DNA from: an uncultured Desulfobacter sp.
GTDB lineage: Bacteria; Desulfobacterota; Desulfobacteria; Desulfobacterales; Desulfobacteraceae
DNA: 64,000 nucleotides
NCBI GenBank assembly: GCA_963665095.1
Contig: OY762069.1
Span: 4,640,001 to 4,704,000, forward strand
Reading direction: 5' to 3'
Below the pieces are notes generated by a model. That model made no database searches, was not told the origin of the DNA, and was given only the letters and a program-made list of their open reading frames with translations. Below, one piece after another: positions 9,856 through 20,559 of this stretch; position 1 is the stretch's first letter, and each line of letters starts with the position of its first letter. Position numbers and translations under genes: made by a program.

Positions 9856-12618
9856 ATGGAGAAGAACATTTTAACGCTTAATGAAAACCGATTGGAATTC
9901 ATTCCGGGCGAAACCATTCTGGATGTTGCCAATAGGAATAAAATAGATATTCCCACCCTGTGCCATCTTGCAAACACCACACCCACCAAAACCTGCGGTA
10001 TCTGTGTGGTTGAAATAGAAGGCCAGAAGGATCTGGTCGAGTCCTGCGCCACCCAGGCCCGGGACGGTATGGTCATTTTTTCAGAATCCTTAAAGGTTGT
10101 GGCCAGAAGAAAACAGATACTTTCAGACATGCTCGCAAAGGGCAATCACAACTGTGCCATCCGTGTCATGGAAGCGGATGAATGGACCGATTTCCAGATG
10201 GATGTCCATGCGGACGAGGGCAAGCAGGCCCTTTGCCCGGTATGGGGGGATTGTGAACTCCAGAATCTGGCCTACCGGTATCAGGTCCGGGTCAGCCATA
10301 TGCCCCAGCAGGCCTGTGTTCATGAGACAGAACGGGTCAATCCCTTTATTATCAGGGATTTTTCAAGATGTATCCTGTGCGGCCGGTGTGTCAAAGCCTG
10401 CCGGGAAATTCAGGTTAACAACGCCATCGAATTTGGCGGTCAAGGAGATGAAATGAAAGTCGTTGCCGGAAATGATGCGCATTTAAAAGACTCAGACTGC
10501 GTCTTTTGCGGAGAATGCATCCAGGCCTGCCCGGTTGGGGCGCTGGTTCCGGAACGTGAGTTCCGTGACGACCGGTTCAAACCCACCAACGTTACCCGCA
10601 CCACCTGCGCGTTCTGCGGGGTGGGCTGCCAGATGGATGTCTATACCCAGGACAATAAAATCGTTAAGATTGACGGTGCAGACCCGGATTTGGCGCCCAA
10701 CAACGCCCGTCTCTGCGTCAAGGGCCGTTTCGGATATGAATTTGTCGGTGCCCCGGATCGTTTAACCACACCGTTGATCAAGAAAAACGGCAAACAGGTC
10801 AAGGCGTCATGGGACGAAGCCCTGGACCTTGTGGCCTCAAAGTTTGCCGAAATCCGTGACAAGAGCGGATCAGACACCATGGGGGTCCTCACCTCAGCCC
10901 GTATGACCAACGAGGACAACTATGCGGCCATGAAATTCACCCGGGCCGTGTTAAAAACAAACAATATAGATCATTGTGCCCGACTGTGACATAGCTCCAC
11001 CGTAGCCGGTCTGGCTGCAGCATTTGGAAGCGGCGCAATGACAAACACCATCGCCGATATTGAAGAAGCAGACGTGATCCTGGTCACAGGATCCAATACA
11101 ACTGAAAACCATCCGGTCCTGTCCACCTTTATTAAACGGGCCGTACTCAAAGGCAAAAAGCTTTATGTGATTGACCCCCGTCGGGTCCGGCTTTCCGACC
11201 ACGCTGAAAAGTGGCTGCGCCCCAATCCGGGTACAGACATTGCCTGGATCAACGGCATGATGAACGTCATCCTGTCTGAAAACCTTCAGGCTCAGTCCTA
11301 TATCGACCAGCGGTGTGAAAACTTTGACGAGCTGAAAGCCATTGTTGAAAAATACACGCCTGAATATGTGGAAGGCTTGACCGGAATTGCCGCAGAAGAC
11401 CTGAAAACTGTAGCAAGAGATTTTGCCAAAGCCGGTGCCGCCTCCATCTGCTACTGTATGGGCATCACCCAGCACACCTGCGGTACGGACAACGTCAAGA
11501 GCCTGGCCAACCTCTCCATGCTCTGCGGTCATTTAGGCAAACCCGGCGGCGGTGTGAATCCGTTGCGCGGACAGAACAACGTCCAGGGCGCCTGTGACAT
11601 GGGGGGGCTTCCCAATGTCTTCACCGCCTATCAGCCTGTGGCCAATGAACAGGCCCGGGCGATCTATGAAGAGGCATGGAATGTCACCGGTCTTTCAGGC
11701 ACCGTAGGGTTTACAGCCACGGAGATGTTCAACAAAGCCCACGACGGCGAGCTGAAATCCCTGTTCATCATCGGGGAAAATCCCATGGTGTCGGACCCGG
11801 ATCTCAACCATGCCCAGAAAGCACTGGAACACCTTGAGTTTTTGGTGGTTCAGGATATTTTTGAGACTGAAACATCCGCTCTGGCCGATGTGGTATTGCC
11901 TGCCTTCTGTTTTGCAGAAAAGGATGGCACCTTTACCAACACAGAAAGACGTGTTCAGCGGGTCAGAAAAGCGGTAGATGCACCTGACGGCGCAAAACAG
12001 GACTGGGAGATCATCTGTGAGATCGCCACCCGCATGGGATACCCCATGTCCTGGGAGAACAGCGAAGCGGTCTTTACAGAGATTACGGCTTTGACGCCGT
12101 CCTACCGGGGCATTACCTGGGACCGCATTGATAAGGTTGGGCTTTTCTGGCCCTGCCCGGATGCCGAACATCCTGGCACCCCAATTCTGCACACCAAGGT
12201 GTTCACCAGGGGCAAAGGCATGTTCCACGCCATTGACCACAGGCCGCCTGCAGAAGAGCCGGATGAAAAGTATCCCTTTATCCTCACCACCGGCCGGGTG
12301 CTTTATCACTACCACACAGGTACCATGACCATGCGCACCGCAGGTCTGAACACCCTGTCTCCGGAGTGCTTTGTGGAGATTTCCGGAAGCGATGCCAAAA
12401 AGATCGGCGTGGAAAATGGAAAGATGGTCAATGTCTTCTCCCGCAGGGGTAAAATCAAAGCCCGGCTCCAGGTATCGGAAAAAGCTGTGGACGGCACCAT
12501 TTTCATCCCGTTCCACTTTGCCGGCGCCGCTGCCAACAGGCTGACCAATGCAGAACTTGATCCCACAGCCAAAATCCCGGAATTTAAGGTCTGTGCCATC
12601 AACATAGAAGCAGCATAA
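9856..12618 (+). CDS. fdhF: Second selenocysteine-containing formate dehydrogenase alpha subunit; TGA 10987-10989 read as Sec
   Basis: ORFs 9856-10989 and 11038-12618 in frame via [31 protein letters not shown]; same domain layout as FDH-1. Confidence 0.93.
10987..11022 (+). promoter_or_regulatory. Bacterial SECIS element of FDH-2
   Basis: Stem GTAGCC/GGCTGC around loop GGTCT, 12 nt after the TGA; stem covaries with the FDH-1 SECIS. Confidence 0.8.
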
Positions 12619-12641
12619 AAACCACCAGCTAATACTGATTT

Positions 12642-12671
12642 AAAGGGGGACACCATGTCCCCCTTTTTATT
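12642..12671 (+). terminator. Intrinsic terminator after FDH-2
   Basis: AAAGGGGGACA-CCA-TGTCCCCCTTT followed by a T run. Confidence 0.8.
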
Positions 12672-12807
12672 TGCCCCGCCATGGCCAGTCGGTAAAACAG
12701 CGTCATTTTTTTCACCACTCCCAAATAAATTCTATACATTATCATTCGCATGGTTCTTTTGGATTCGGACTAATCCGTAAAAAAGTTGATGAGACCTCCC
12801 AGTTTCC

Positions 12808-12866
12808 TTGACAAATTTTGTTTCTGCATATAGAAACAAATATCTTGTTTCTTTATAAAGAAACGA
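12808..12866 (+). promoter_or_regulatory. trpB2 promoter with two tandem palindromic operators
   Basis: TTGACA at 12808-12813; TTGTTTCT-N6-AGAAACAA (12818-12839) and TTGTTTCT-N6-AGAAACGA (12845-12866). Confidence 0.65.
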
Positions 12867-12919
12867 TTTATATATGGCAAACTGATATTCACATGCTTAA
12901 TCCAAAGGAGCCTTGCGAG

Positions 12920-14293
12920 ATGCACAGAAAAATTTTTCTAAGTGAAGATGAGATCCCCCGTCAATGGTATAACCTGGCAGCAGACCTGCCCGGAGCCATC
13001 AATCCGCCTTTAGGCCAGGACGGTAAACCCATCAGCCCGGACATGCTGGCCGCGGTGTTCCCCATGAACCTGATCGAACAGGAGATGTCCCAGGAACGGT
13101 GGATTGACATTCCCGAAGGTATCCTTGATCTGCTTTACAGATGGCGGCCCTCACCTTTGCACCGGGCGATCCATCTGGAAAAAGCCCTGGGAACCCCGGC
13201 CAAGATTTTTTATAAAAATGAAAGCGTCTCCCCTGCCGGCAGCCACAAACCCAATACGGCCGTGGCCCAGGCCTGGTACAATAAAGAGTTCGGTATCAAA
13301 CGGCTGACCACGGAAACCGGGGCCGGCCAGTGGGGATCTGCGCTCTCTTACTCCTGTGCCCTGCTCGGCATGGAGTGCAAGGTGTTCATGGTCCGGGTCA
13401 GTTTTGACCAGAAACCCTTTAGGAAAGTCCTCATGCAGACCTGGGGCGGAGAGTGCATTGCAAGCCCGTCAAACGAAACCCAGGTGGGCAGGGATATTCT
13501 GGGCCAGATGCCGGATACGCCGGGATCTTTGGGTATTGCCATCTCCGAGGCCATTGAAGCGGCGGTCAGCGATGAAACCGGGCAGACCCGCTACTCCCTG
13601 GGTTCCGTTCTTAACCATGTCATGCTGCACCAGACCATTATCGGGCTTGAAGCCAAAAAACAGCTGGAAAAAGCTGGCATTAAAAAGGTGGACACAGTCA
13701 TCGGGTGCGCCGGCGGCGGTTCCAACTTTGCCGGACTCTCCTTTCCCTTTGTCCTGGACAAAATAAACGGCGCAGACATTGAGATCATCCCGGTGGAGCC
13801 GGCCTCCTGTCCCACCCTGACCGCCACGCCCTTCTCCTACGACTTCGGAGATGTGGCCCAGATGACCCCCATGCTGCCCATGCACTCCCTGGGGCACAAA
13901 TTTATTCCGGCTCCCATCCACGCAGGCGGGTTAAGATACCACGGCATGGCCCCGCTGGTATCCCACGCCGTGGAAGCAGGTCTCATGTCCCCCATGGCCA
14001 TCAAACAGCTGGAGTGCTATGAAGCAGGGCTTTTATTTGCCCGCACTGAAGGGCTGCTTGTTGCCCCGGAAACCTGCCATGCCGTGGCCTGCGCCATCCG
14101 CTCCGCCAACCAGGCCAAAGAGGAGGGCAAAGAAAAAACCATCATCTTCAACCTCTCAGGCCATGGCCTCATGGACCTGGCCGGGTATGAAAAATTCATG
14201 GCAGGAGAACTTCAGGATATTGTCATGTCTGCCCAGGATGTGGAAGAATCCAGAAAATTAAGTCTTTCCGGATATCCTGTGCCCAAAATTTAA
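12920..14293 (+). CDS. trpB2: TrpB-like PLP enzyme (stand-alone tryptophan synthase beta type 2)
   Basis: [26 protein letters not shown] (PLP lysine), [33 protein letters not shown] before ATG 12920. Confidence 0.92.
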   Translation: MHRKIFLSEDEIPRQWYNLAADLPGAINPPLGQDGKPISPDMLAAVFPMNLIEQEMSQERWIDIPEGILDLLYRWRPSPLHRAIHLEKALGTPAKIFYKNESVSPAGSHKPNTAVAQAWYNKEFGIKRLTTETGAGQWGSALSYSCALLGMECKVFMVRVSFDQKPFRKVLMQTWGGECIASPSNETQVGRDILGQMPDTPGSLGIAISEAIEAAVSDETGQTRYSLGSVLNHVMLHQTIIGLEAKKQLEKAGIKKVDTVIGCAGGGSNFAGLSFPFVLDKINGADIEIIPVEPASCPTLTATPFSYDFGDVAQMTPMLPMHSLGHKFIPAPIHAGGLRYHGMAPLVSHAVEAGLMSPMAIKQLECYEAGLLFARTEGLLVAPETCHAVACAIRSANQAKEEGKEKTIIFNLSGHGLMDLAGYEKFMAGELQDIVMSAQDVEESRKLSLSGYPVPKI

Positions 14294-14333
14294 AAAGGAT
14301 ACACCAAAAAAATTATTAAGATTTTCAGCAATA

Positions 14334-14385
14334 CCACCCTGGTCGCCACAGGCTTTAGCATGTTGCGTCTTGTGGCGACCGGTGG
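14334..14385. repeat. REP-like hairpin after trpB2
   Basis: CCACC..GGTCGCCACA-N20-TGTGGCGACC-GGTGG inverted repeat without a T tail. Confidence 0.5.
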
Positions 14386-14732
14386 CTGTCACCACACCCC
14401 CACCAAACCAACCGTATAAAAAACGGCGGATGTATACAGCAGAGCCGTTCTGATTGCAGCTTTTTCGCCAGTCAAGCAAATTATAATACGGCGATCGTAA
14501 TGAAACATTTGCCTTCCTGCAAAATTTCTGTTTTTATAGTACTATACTCAGGGGCTGCCAGATAAGGTACAGCTGCCAGAAAAACAAATTAAAAATCCGG
14601 CCTATACGAAAAAACTGTAAGCAGCATTGATCCGCCATCGTCCGTTCCAGTCATAGATATGAACTAAAACTGTATTCCAGCTTCACCATTTTCGATAGGG
14701 CAAAAAAAACCTTTAACACTTGAGATGATGTC

Positions 14733-16037
14733 ATGCCATATACATTAATGGACAGGATGCTAGCATTAAGCGACTTGGTCGGACATGCTGATATTGCCTA
14801 CATTGAAGCCGATCGTAAACTCGAAGTTCTTTCGTGGAACAAGGGGGCTGTCAGGGTTTTTGGCTTCAGTGAGGATGATGCCATGAAACAGCATTTGTAT
14901 GAGCTGGTCCCTTTGAGCAAAAGAGAGTTGATAGCATGTGCCGAAACAACGGTTAAGACCTTCGTTCGTACGGACGTCAAAGGCTTCAAGATACCGTATA
15001 TTCTTTATTATTCCCCTATCATGCAGGTAAAAGGTGAAAAATACGGAGTTGCTGTACTGGCAAAGGAAGTCCAGGGAAATGAAAAGGAAAAGGCACAGGT
15101 TGAATGCCAGGATAAGCATTTGGAAGATATCTATGAATTCGCGCCCATGGGCATTTTTCATGTGAACAAACAGGGCAATGTTGTGTCAGCCAACTCCGAA
15201 TATGCCTGGATGCTGGGATATGAGTCTGCAGAAGTGGTTGCCGATCAAATTTCAAATTTTGCAGAACAAACCTTTTACGATCCTGACAAAGCTGAAGAAT
15301 TTATGTTCGGAGTATATGAGGCCGAAGAGGTGATTCGATTCAGGGCCCGTTTAAAGAAAAAGGATGATTCCTTTGTGTGGGCAATGTGTTATGCCAAGGC
15401 CACAAAAGATGAGGATGGCCGGCTAAATGGGTTTAACGGATTTTCCATTGACATCAGCGAGATGGTTCGCACAGAAGATCAGTTGAAAAAGGCCAACGAA
15501 AAATTACAAATGCTCTCCGTTCTGGACGGCCTGACCGGAATTCCCAACAGAAGACGGTTTGATGAATACCTTGAAGCAGAATGGAAGCGGCATTTCCGAG
15601 ATAAAAATCAACTTTCTATTATCATGTGTGATATTGATTTTTTCAAGCTGTATAATGATAATTACGGCCACCAGGCCGGTGACGACTGCCTGATCAAAGT
15701 AGCAGGGACCATTGCCGGCAGCGCCATCCGGGCCTCAGATCTTGCTGCCCGGTACGGCGGTGAGGAGTTTGTGCTTATTCTGCCCAATACCGATGCCGAA
15801 GGCGCCATGACCGTTGCAGAAGAAGTCCGGACCAATGTCCAGACGCTGCAGATTCCCCATGAGCTGTCAAAGGTCAGCAACTATGTCAGCCTGAGCCTTG
15901 GTGTCGCCACCATGGTCCCCGAAGAAGGAGGCTGTGCCGAAGATATCGTTGCCATGGCAGATAAAGCTTTATATAAGGCAAAAGAGAGTGGCAGAAATCG
16001 AAGTATCGGAAGCACCGGAAGACAGAACGATCAATAA
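14733..16037 (+). CDS. PAS-PAS-GGDEF diguanylate cyclase
   Basis: Two PAS-like repeats; LDGLTGIPNRR, DIDFFKLYND, RASD I-site, RYGGEEF. Confidence 0.9.
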   Translation: MPYTLMDRMLALSDLVGHADIAYIEADRKLEVLSWNKGAVRVFGFSEDDAMKQHLYELVPLSKRELIACAETTVKTFVRTDVKGFKIPYILYYSPIMQVKGEKYGVAVLAKEVQGNEKEKAQVECQDKHLEDIYEFAPMGIFHVNKQGNVVSANSEYAWMLGYESAEVVADQISNFAEQTFYDPDKAEEFMFGVYEAEEVIRFRARLKKKDDSFVWAMCYAKATKDEDGRLNGFNGFSIDISEMVRTEDQLKKANEKLQMLSVLDGLTGIPNRRRFDEYLEAEWKRHFRDKNQLSIIMCDIDFFKLYNDNYGHQAGDDCLIKVAGTIAGSAIRASDLAARYGGEEFVLILPNTDAEGAMTVAEEVRTNVQTLQIPHELSKVSNYVSLSLGVATMVPEEGGCAEDIVAMADKALYKAKESGRNRSIGSTGRQNDQ

Positions 16038-16170
16038 TTGTGAACTGAGGGGCAATCCCTAAAGACCTTATGAATAATGAGCTGTTCGGCCACGAAAAAG
16101 GGGCGTTTACCGGTGCCGTAACCCTGAGGGCCGTTTTGAACGGGCCGACAAGGGGACTCCTGTTTCTGGC
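16037..16170 (+). pseudogene. Relic of a sigma-54 enhancer-binding (NtrC-type AAA+) gene
   Basis: [26 protein letters not shown], then frameshifted GRFERADKGT and LFL; in-frame stop at 16046. Confidence 0.8.
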
Positions 16171-16187
16171 TATCTCAAGATATCGGA

Positions 16188-17573
16188 TTAATCCATTCTT
16201 CGAAAAAACAACTTTGAAAAAGCAGTGTTTATCAAAATTTCTTGTGGATACCCTTTTTCATCCTTCAATATTTTTCCGGTCATGTTCCCAAACACGGAAT
16301 TGTGCATCAGGAACTGATGCCTGTTCTCAAACAGTACAGACATCTCCATGCCATTCAGCCGTCCCTTAATGCAGTGGCCCTTTGCGACCAGGTCGAGTTG
16401 CAGATTTTCACACCGATAGGTTCCGTGGAGTGCGCTTAAGGTCCGCACGTCGGGATTGATGAATTTTTTTTCCTCCAGTTCAGGCAGAATGGCAGGAATG
16501 ATATAGTTTACGAGCATCCCTGAAAACTGAAACTCAAGGATGGAGTTGAAATTGCCTCCCGTAAACACGGCTACCAAATCTAACTCAGGGCTGACGAATA
16601 TAACCTGTCCACCGTTTCCCTGGGCCCAGAAAGCTTCTACCATTTTCCCTGTGACTGACTGCTTCCCTCTCCACCACAAATAGCCGTATTCCATGCCATA
16701 TTCAGAATGGGAATGGCACTGAGTCGCCTTTTTCAACCAGCTTTCCGAAACGATGCGTTGATCGTTCCAGACCCCTTTCATCAGGCACAGTTGACCAACC
16801 TTGGCCATGTCCCGGGGGCGCATGAAGGCATTGCCCGCAAGCCATGCAAGACCTTTTGGAGAATATCCCCATTTAAAAGAATCAATTCCCAAAGGGCCCA
16901 TCAGATTTTTATTCGCGAATTTTTGGACAGACAAACCTGAAGATTTAGACATCATGTAACTCAGAAGAATGAGGCTTGAAGAGTTGTATGCCCAGTGTGT
17001 TCCTGGTCGATGTAACATTGGCAGTGCAAGGGCGAACTCGACCCAGTCATCTGATTGATGCATTGCCTGTTCACATTTAAATTTCTGAGTTTTGTGATCG
17101 TCACATTCAAATCCCGAAGTCATTGTCAACAAAGACTCAATCGTCACGGCCATGGATAGCTCATTCCAGTTCGATGTCCGGTTTTCAAAATAGTTGAAAA
17201 TATGATCGTTAACCCCGGAAAAATATCCCTGGTCTATTGCAATACCGACTAAAACAGAGCCTATTGATTTCGTTGCTGACCTCAGCGGATGAAGTTTTTC
17301 CCTGTCATAGCCATTAAAGTATTCTTCAAGAACCAGCTTTTCATTTTTAATCAACAGGACAGAATGGATATTTGTGAAATACCCCTGCTGGATTGCCTCA
17401 ACCATATCAGCCACAGGGCCTGCCTTGATTCCCACTTGAGACAGAGAAGCAACTTTCCATCCATCTCCTGTTTTCTCTGGAATTTTTGTGGCAGCCCATC
17501 CTTCTGACATTAAATAAAGGAAGAGGATGCAGAATAATCTTATCAGGAAACTGAAAAAATATATTTGAGTCAT
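16188..17573 (-). CDS. Exported serine hydrolase, beta-lactamase/AmpC superfamily
   Basis: Signal peptide; LRSATKS (SxxK), LLTMTSG, WAYNS, RPRDMAKVG, YGYLWW, GNGGQ. Confidence 0.88.
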   Translation of the reverse strand: MTQIYFFSFLIRLFCILFLYLMSEGWAATKIPEKTGDGWKVASLSQVGIKAGPVADMVEAIQQGYFTNIHSVLLIKNEKLVLEEYFNGYDREKLHPLRSATKSIGSVLVGIAIDQGYFSGVNDHIFNYFENRTSNWNELSMAVTIESLLTMTSGFECDDHKTQKFKCEQAMHQSDDWVEFALALPMLHRPGTHWAYNSSSLILLSYMMSKSSGLSVQKFANKNLMGPLGIDSFKWGYSPKGLAWLAGNAFMRPRDMAKVGQLCLMKGVWNDQRIVSESWLKKATQCHSHSEYGMEYGYLWWRGKQSVTGKMVEAFWAQGNGGQVIFVSPELDLVAVFTGGNFNSILEFQFSGMLVNYIIPAILPELEEKKFINPDVRTLSALHGTYRCENLQLDLVAKGHCIKGRLNGMEMSVLFENRHQFLMHNSVFGNMTGKILKDEKGYPQEILINTAFSKLFFRRMD

Positions 17574-17960
17574 TTATTTCCCCGGTCAGGACATATCTTG
17601 AAATAAAATAACCCATTGATAAACAATTACAATAAATCATAGGCCAATCATATTTCGGAAACCTGCCGTTTTAATCTGATGGTGAAGAAGCCTGCGTATT
17701 CGCAATTGAAGCCAGACCTTTATGTTTTAATACCATATTTCGTATTTTTAACACGATATTTTGAATTCCAATATGGAGCTACACATAAATCGTTATAAAA
17801 ACAGATAGTTAAAAACTTCCACACATCTTGAGTTGTATAAATCAGATTACGAAGACCGAAACTTTGTCATAGGTTCGAAGGTTTTCCCGGACAAGAGAAA
17901 TAGTGCAGCAGGCGACTATTTGATTGCTGTTTGCAATAAATAAAAAACCAATGGAGCCGC

Positions 17961-18141
17961 ATGGAGGAGATACACTCCGGAAGTGAAGCATCAGAAAATA
18001 TACTGACCGGCAGGTACCTTATGCCCAGGTGAAGAAACTGCTGGCAGCGGCCATGCAGGCACCCAGAGCGGGAGATAAACGGCCATGGACCGGCTTGACC
18101 AGACAGAGATCCATCACAACGCATGGGAGCAACGAGTCTGA
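17961..18141 (+). pseudogene. Nitroreductase-family relic with a large internal deletion
   Basis: SIRKYTDRQVPYAQVKKLLAAAMQAPRAGDKRPW joined out of frame to a C-terminal-like DRLDQTEIHHNAW. Confidence 0.65.
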
Positions 18142-18184
18142 TATCCGGGTTTTTCCTTGACAATTTAGCCGCTCTCTTTGATAA

Positions 18185-18350
18185 AGAACAGGTCCGGGTG
18201 CCGTTTGTGCCGAACAGGGAACCCTGTGAAAATCAGGGGCGGACCCGCCGCTGTAACTGGGGACTAAGCCGCAAAGATCCACTGTGATGCAATATCATGG
18301 GAAGGGGCGGTCAGGTGTGATCCAGAAGTCAGAAGACCTGCCCGGATGAA
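18185..18350 (+). ncRNA. Cobalamin riboswitch
   Basis: AGGGAAcccTGTGAAAATC, CCCGCCGCTGTAA, CCACTG...GGGAAGG and B12 box AGTCAGAAGACCTGCC; P1 TCCGGG/CCCGGA; TTGACA at 18157; precedes btu genes. Confidence 0.95.
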
Positions 18351-18404
18351 GGAGTGCTTTCTGTGGAAAAGAAAGTACTTAAGGTATCCAGGAGAAAAAA
18401 GGGG

Positions 18405-18453
18405 ATCCCCGGGATCAAAACCGCTTAACACAGCATTGATCCCGGGGATTTTT
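18405..18453 (+). terminator. Probable riboswitch expression-platform terminator
   Basis: ATCCCCGGGATCAA-N17-TTGATCCCGGGGAT then TTTT, between the aptamer and the first start codon. Confidence 0.65.
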
Positions 18454-18496
18454 CGTCGGGTCAAGCCAAACAGTTTTCCAGTTGAAAGGAAAAAGG

Positions 18497-20554
18497 ATGC
18501 GCTTGGATTTACAGACGCTTCGCCGGCACGGCATACTTCTATCGTGCTATATTTTAAGTTTTTTATTAATCACTTTTTTTCCGGTTCTGGTTTATCCGGC
18601 TTTGGCCGCCAAGGTTCAGGTCACGGACAGTACCGGAACGGTTTTAACCTTTGACAAACCGCCGTCGCGCATTGTCAGCCTGGTGCCCACGGCCTCGGAA
18701 GTTCTTGTGGCCATTGGTGCCAAAAATCTTCTCAAAGGGGACACCTACCATGATGTGACCCTTGAAGGATCGGACAACCGCGAAGTGGTGGGCGGATTTT
18801 TCAATCCATCCACCGCCCATGTCCTTAAAGCCCATCCAGACCTGTTGATCGCATCGTCGCTTCACAGCCGCCTCCTTGACGATATTAAACAGTCGGGAAT
18901 TCCCGTTTTTATATACGGAACAGGACCTCTGGACCAGGCCTGGGAGATGATGCAGGTTTTAGGCAGGATTACAGGCCATGAGAAAGAGGCTGAAGACCTG
19001 GTGAAAAAAAACAGGGATGAACTGGCCCATGTCAAAGCAAAACTGGCCAAAGCAAACATAACACCCAAACGGGTGATCCGCCTCATGGGCCGGGATACCA
19101 TCAACACGCCGGGACCGGACTCATTCCAGGCAGACATGATCCGGGCGGCCGGAGGAACTCCGCCGGATTTCGGCAAAACCGGCAAGATCGTCCCTGTAAC
19201 CCTTGAAGAGTGGACCGCCTTTAACCCTGAAGTGATTTACGGATGCGGGGACGATAAAAAGGCGGCAGAGAAATTTTTCTCCATGCCGGGCTGGAAAGAT
19301 GTGGATGCGGTGAAAAACCACCAGATCTTTTATCTTCCCTGTAATCTGACCTGCAGGGCGTCTGTGCACACCGGCGCGTTTGCGGCCTATCTTTCTTCCC
19401 TGGTTTATACCGCAGAGTTTGCCAAAGCATCCAATGACGTTCATCCGGCAGGCATTATTGATGAAAAGCCGTTGTACCGGGATATCCGTGAAAACCTGCC
19501 CTATGTCAAAAAGGCCGCCATTATTAATGCTTACGTTTTTGACTATCCCAACAAGACACTTATGGTGGATCTGAAACACCCCATGACGGTTCTCTCCACC
19601 CTGGAAGGCTGGCGGGACAACATCACATCCGTGAGCAACCACTACACCCCGCCGCCCACCTGGATGCCGGGGCATATGCGGGGCATCAACGCCATTAATA
19701 AAAACATCCTCAATGCCCTGGGCAAAAAGAAAGAAACCACCTCTTTGCTTATGACAGGGGCGGACATGGGCAATCTCTCCATCCAGACCCAGACCTTTAA
19801 GGAGATGACCGTAACAGCCCTGGTAACAGCCGGCGTGATCTCCAATGCCGTGCGCATGAGTGAAGATGAGGGGATGTATTATGAACCCGGCACCATTAAC
19901 ATCATCATCCTGCCCAACATGCACCTGACCCACAGGGCCATGTCCCGGGCCATTATTTCCGTCACCGAAGCCAAAACAGCTGCACTGCAGGACCTGGACA
20001 TCCGGTCCGCCTATACCGGCGCAAAAAATCCTGCCACCGGCACCGGCACGGACAATGTCCTGGTGGTGGAAGGTGAAGGAACAGTCATTGACAATGCCGG
20101 CGGTCACAGCAAAATGGGGGAACTTATTGCACGGGCCGTCTATGCCGGGGTTAGAGATGCCGTTAAAAAGCAGAACGGTGTGCTGGGAGGCCGCCACGTA
20201 ATCCAGCGGCTCAAGGAGCGCAAAATAAACATTTACGGCCTTACCTCGGGTGCCCAGTGTGACTGCCAGGAGAAAAAAAGCGAGTTCTCGGCCATGGTGG
20301 AGTATCTGCTGCTCAATCCTGAAATCGACGGATTCATGGAAGCGGCCTTAAGCCTGAGCGATGCCTATGAAAGCGGCAAGCTGACAGATCTGAGTGCGTT
20401 TAACCTGTGGTGTGGACAGATGGTGGAAACTATTGCAGGCCAGCCCGCAGAACCCAGGGAAATGATCCAGGACGAAAAGATGCCTGTGGTCCTTAAAAAA
20501 GCGCTGAATGCCATTATGACCGGGGCAAAACTCAGAATCGCCGAGGAGAACTGA
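18497..20554 (+). CDS. cbiZ: BtuF-like periplasmic binding domain fused to adenosylcobinamide amidohydrolase (CbiZ) domain
   Basis: Signal peptide, PSRIVSLVPTASE (BtuF-like); C-half VTAGVISNA, GTINII, TEAKTAALQD, ATGTGTD, AGGHSKMGELI (CbiZ). Confidence 0.82.
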   Translation: MRLDLQTLRRHGILLSCYILSFLLITFFPVLVYPALAAKVQVTDSTGTVLTFDKPPSRIVSLVPTASEVLVAIGAKNLLKGDTYHDVTLEGSDNREVVGGFFNPSTAHVLKAHPDLLIASSLHSRLLDDIKQSGIPVFIYGTGPLDQAWEMMQVLGRITGHEKEAEDLVKKNRDELAHVKAKLAKANITPKRVIRLMGRDTINTPGPDSFQADMIRAAGGTPPDFGKTGKIVPVTLEEWTAFNPEVIYGCGDDKKAAEKFFSMPGWKDVDAVKNHQIFYLPCNLTCRASVHTGAFAAYLSSLVYTAEFAKASNDVHPAGIIDEKPLYRDIRENLPYVKKAAIINAYVFDYPNKTLMVDLKHPMTVLSTLEGWRDNITSVSNHYTPPPTWMPGHMRGINAINKNILNALGKKKETTSLLMTGADMGNLSIQTQTFKEMTVTALVTAGVISNAVRMSEDEGMYYEPGTINIIILPNMHLTHRAMSRAIISVTEAKTAALQDLDIRSAYTGAKNPATGTGTDNVLVVEGEGTVIDNAGGHSKMGELIARAVYAGVRDAVKKQNGVLGGRHVIQRLKERKINIYGLTSGAQCDCQEKKSEFSAMVEYLLLNPEIDGFMEAALSLSDAYESGKLTDLSAFNLWCGQMVETIAGQPAEPREMIQDEKMPVVLKKALNAIMTGAKLRIAEEN

Positions 20555-20559
20555 TCCTA

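Noticed and set aside
16046..16048. TGA at a Cys position (VNCGAIP) as selenocysteine
   Set aside because: The fragment is truncated and frameshifted with no SECIS-like hairpin; a nonsense mutation is the simpler explanation.
16171..17605. 13-bp imperfect inverted repeat flanking the serine hydrolase (TATCTCAAGATAT / ATATCTTGAAATA)
   Set aside because: Short, AT-rich and without a target duplication; could be chance.
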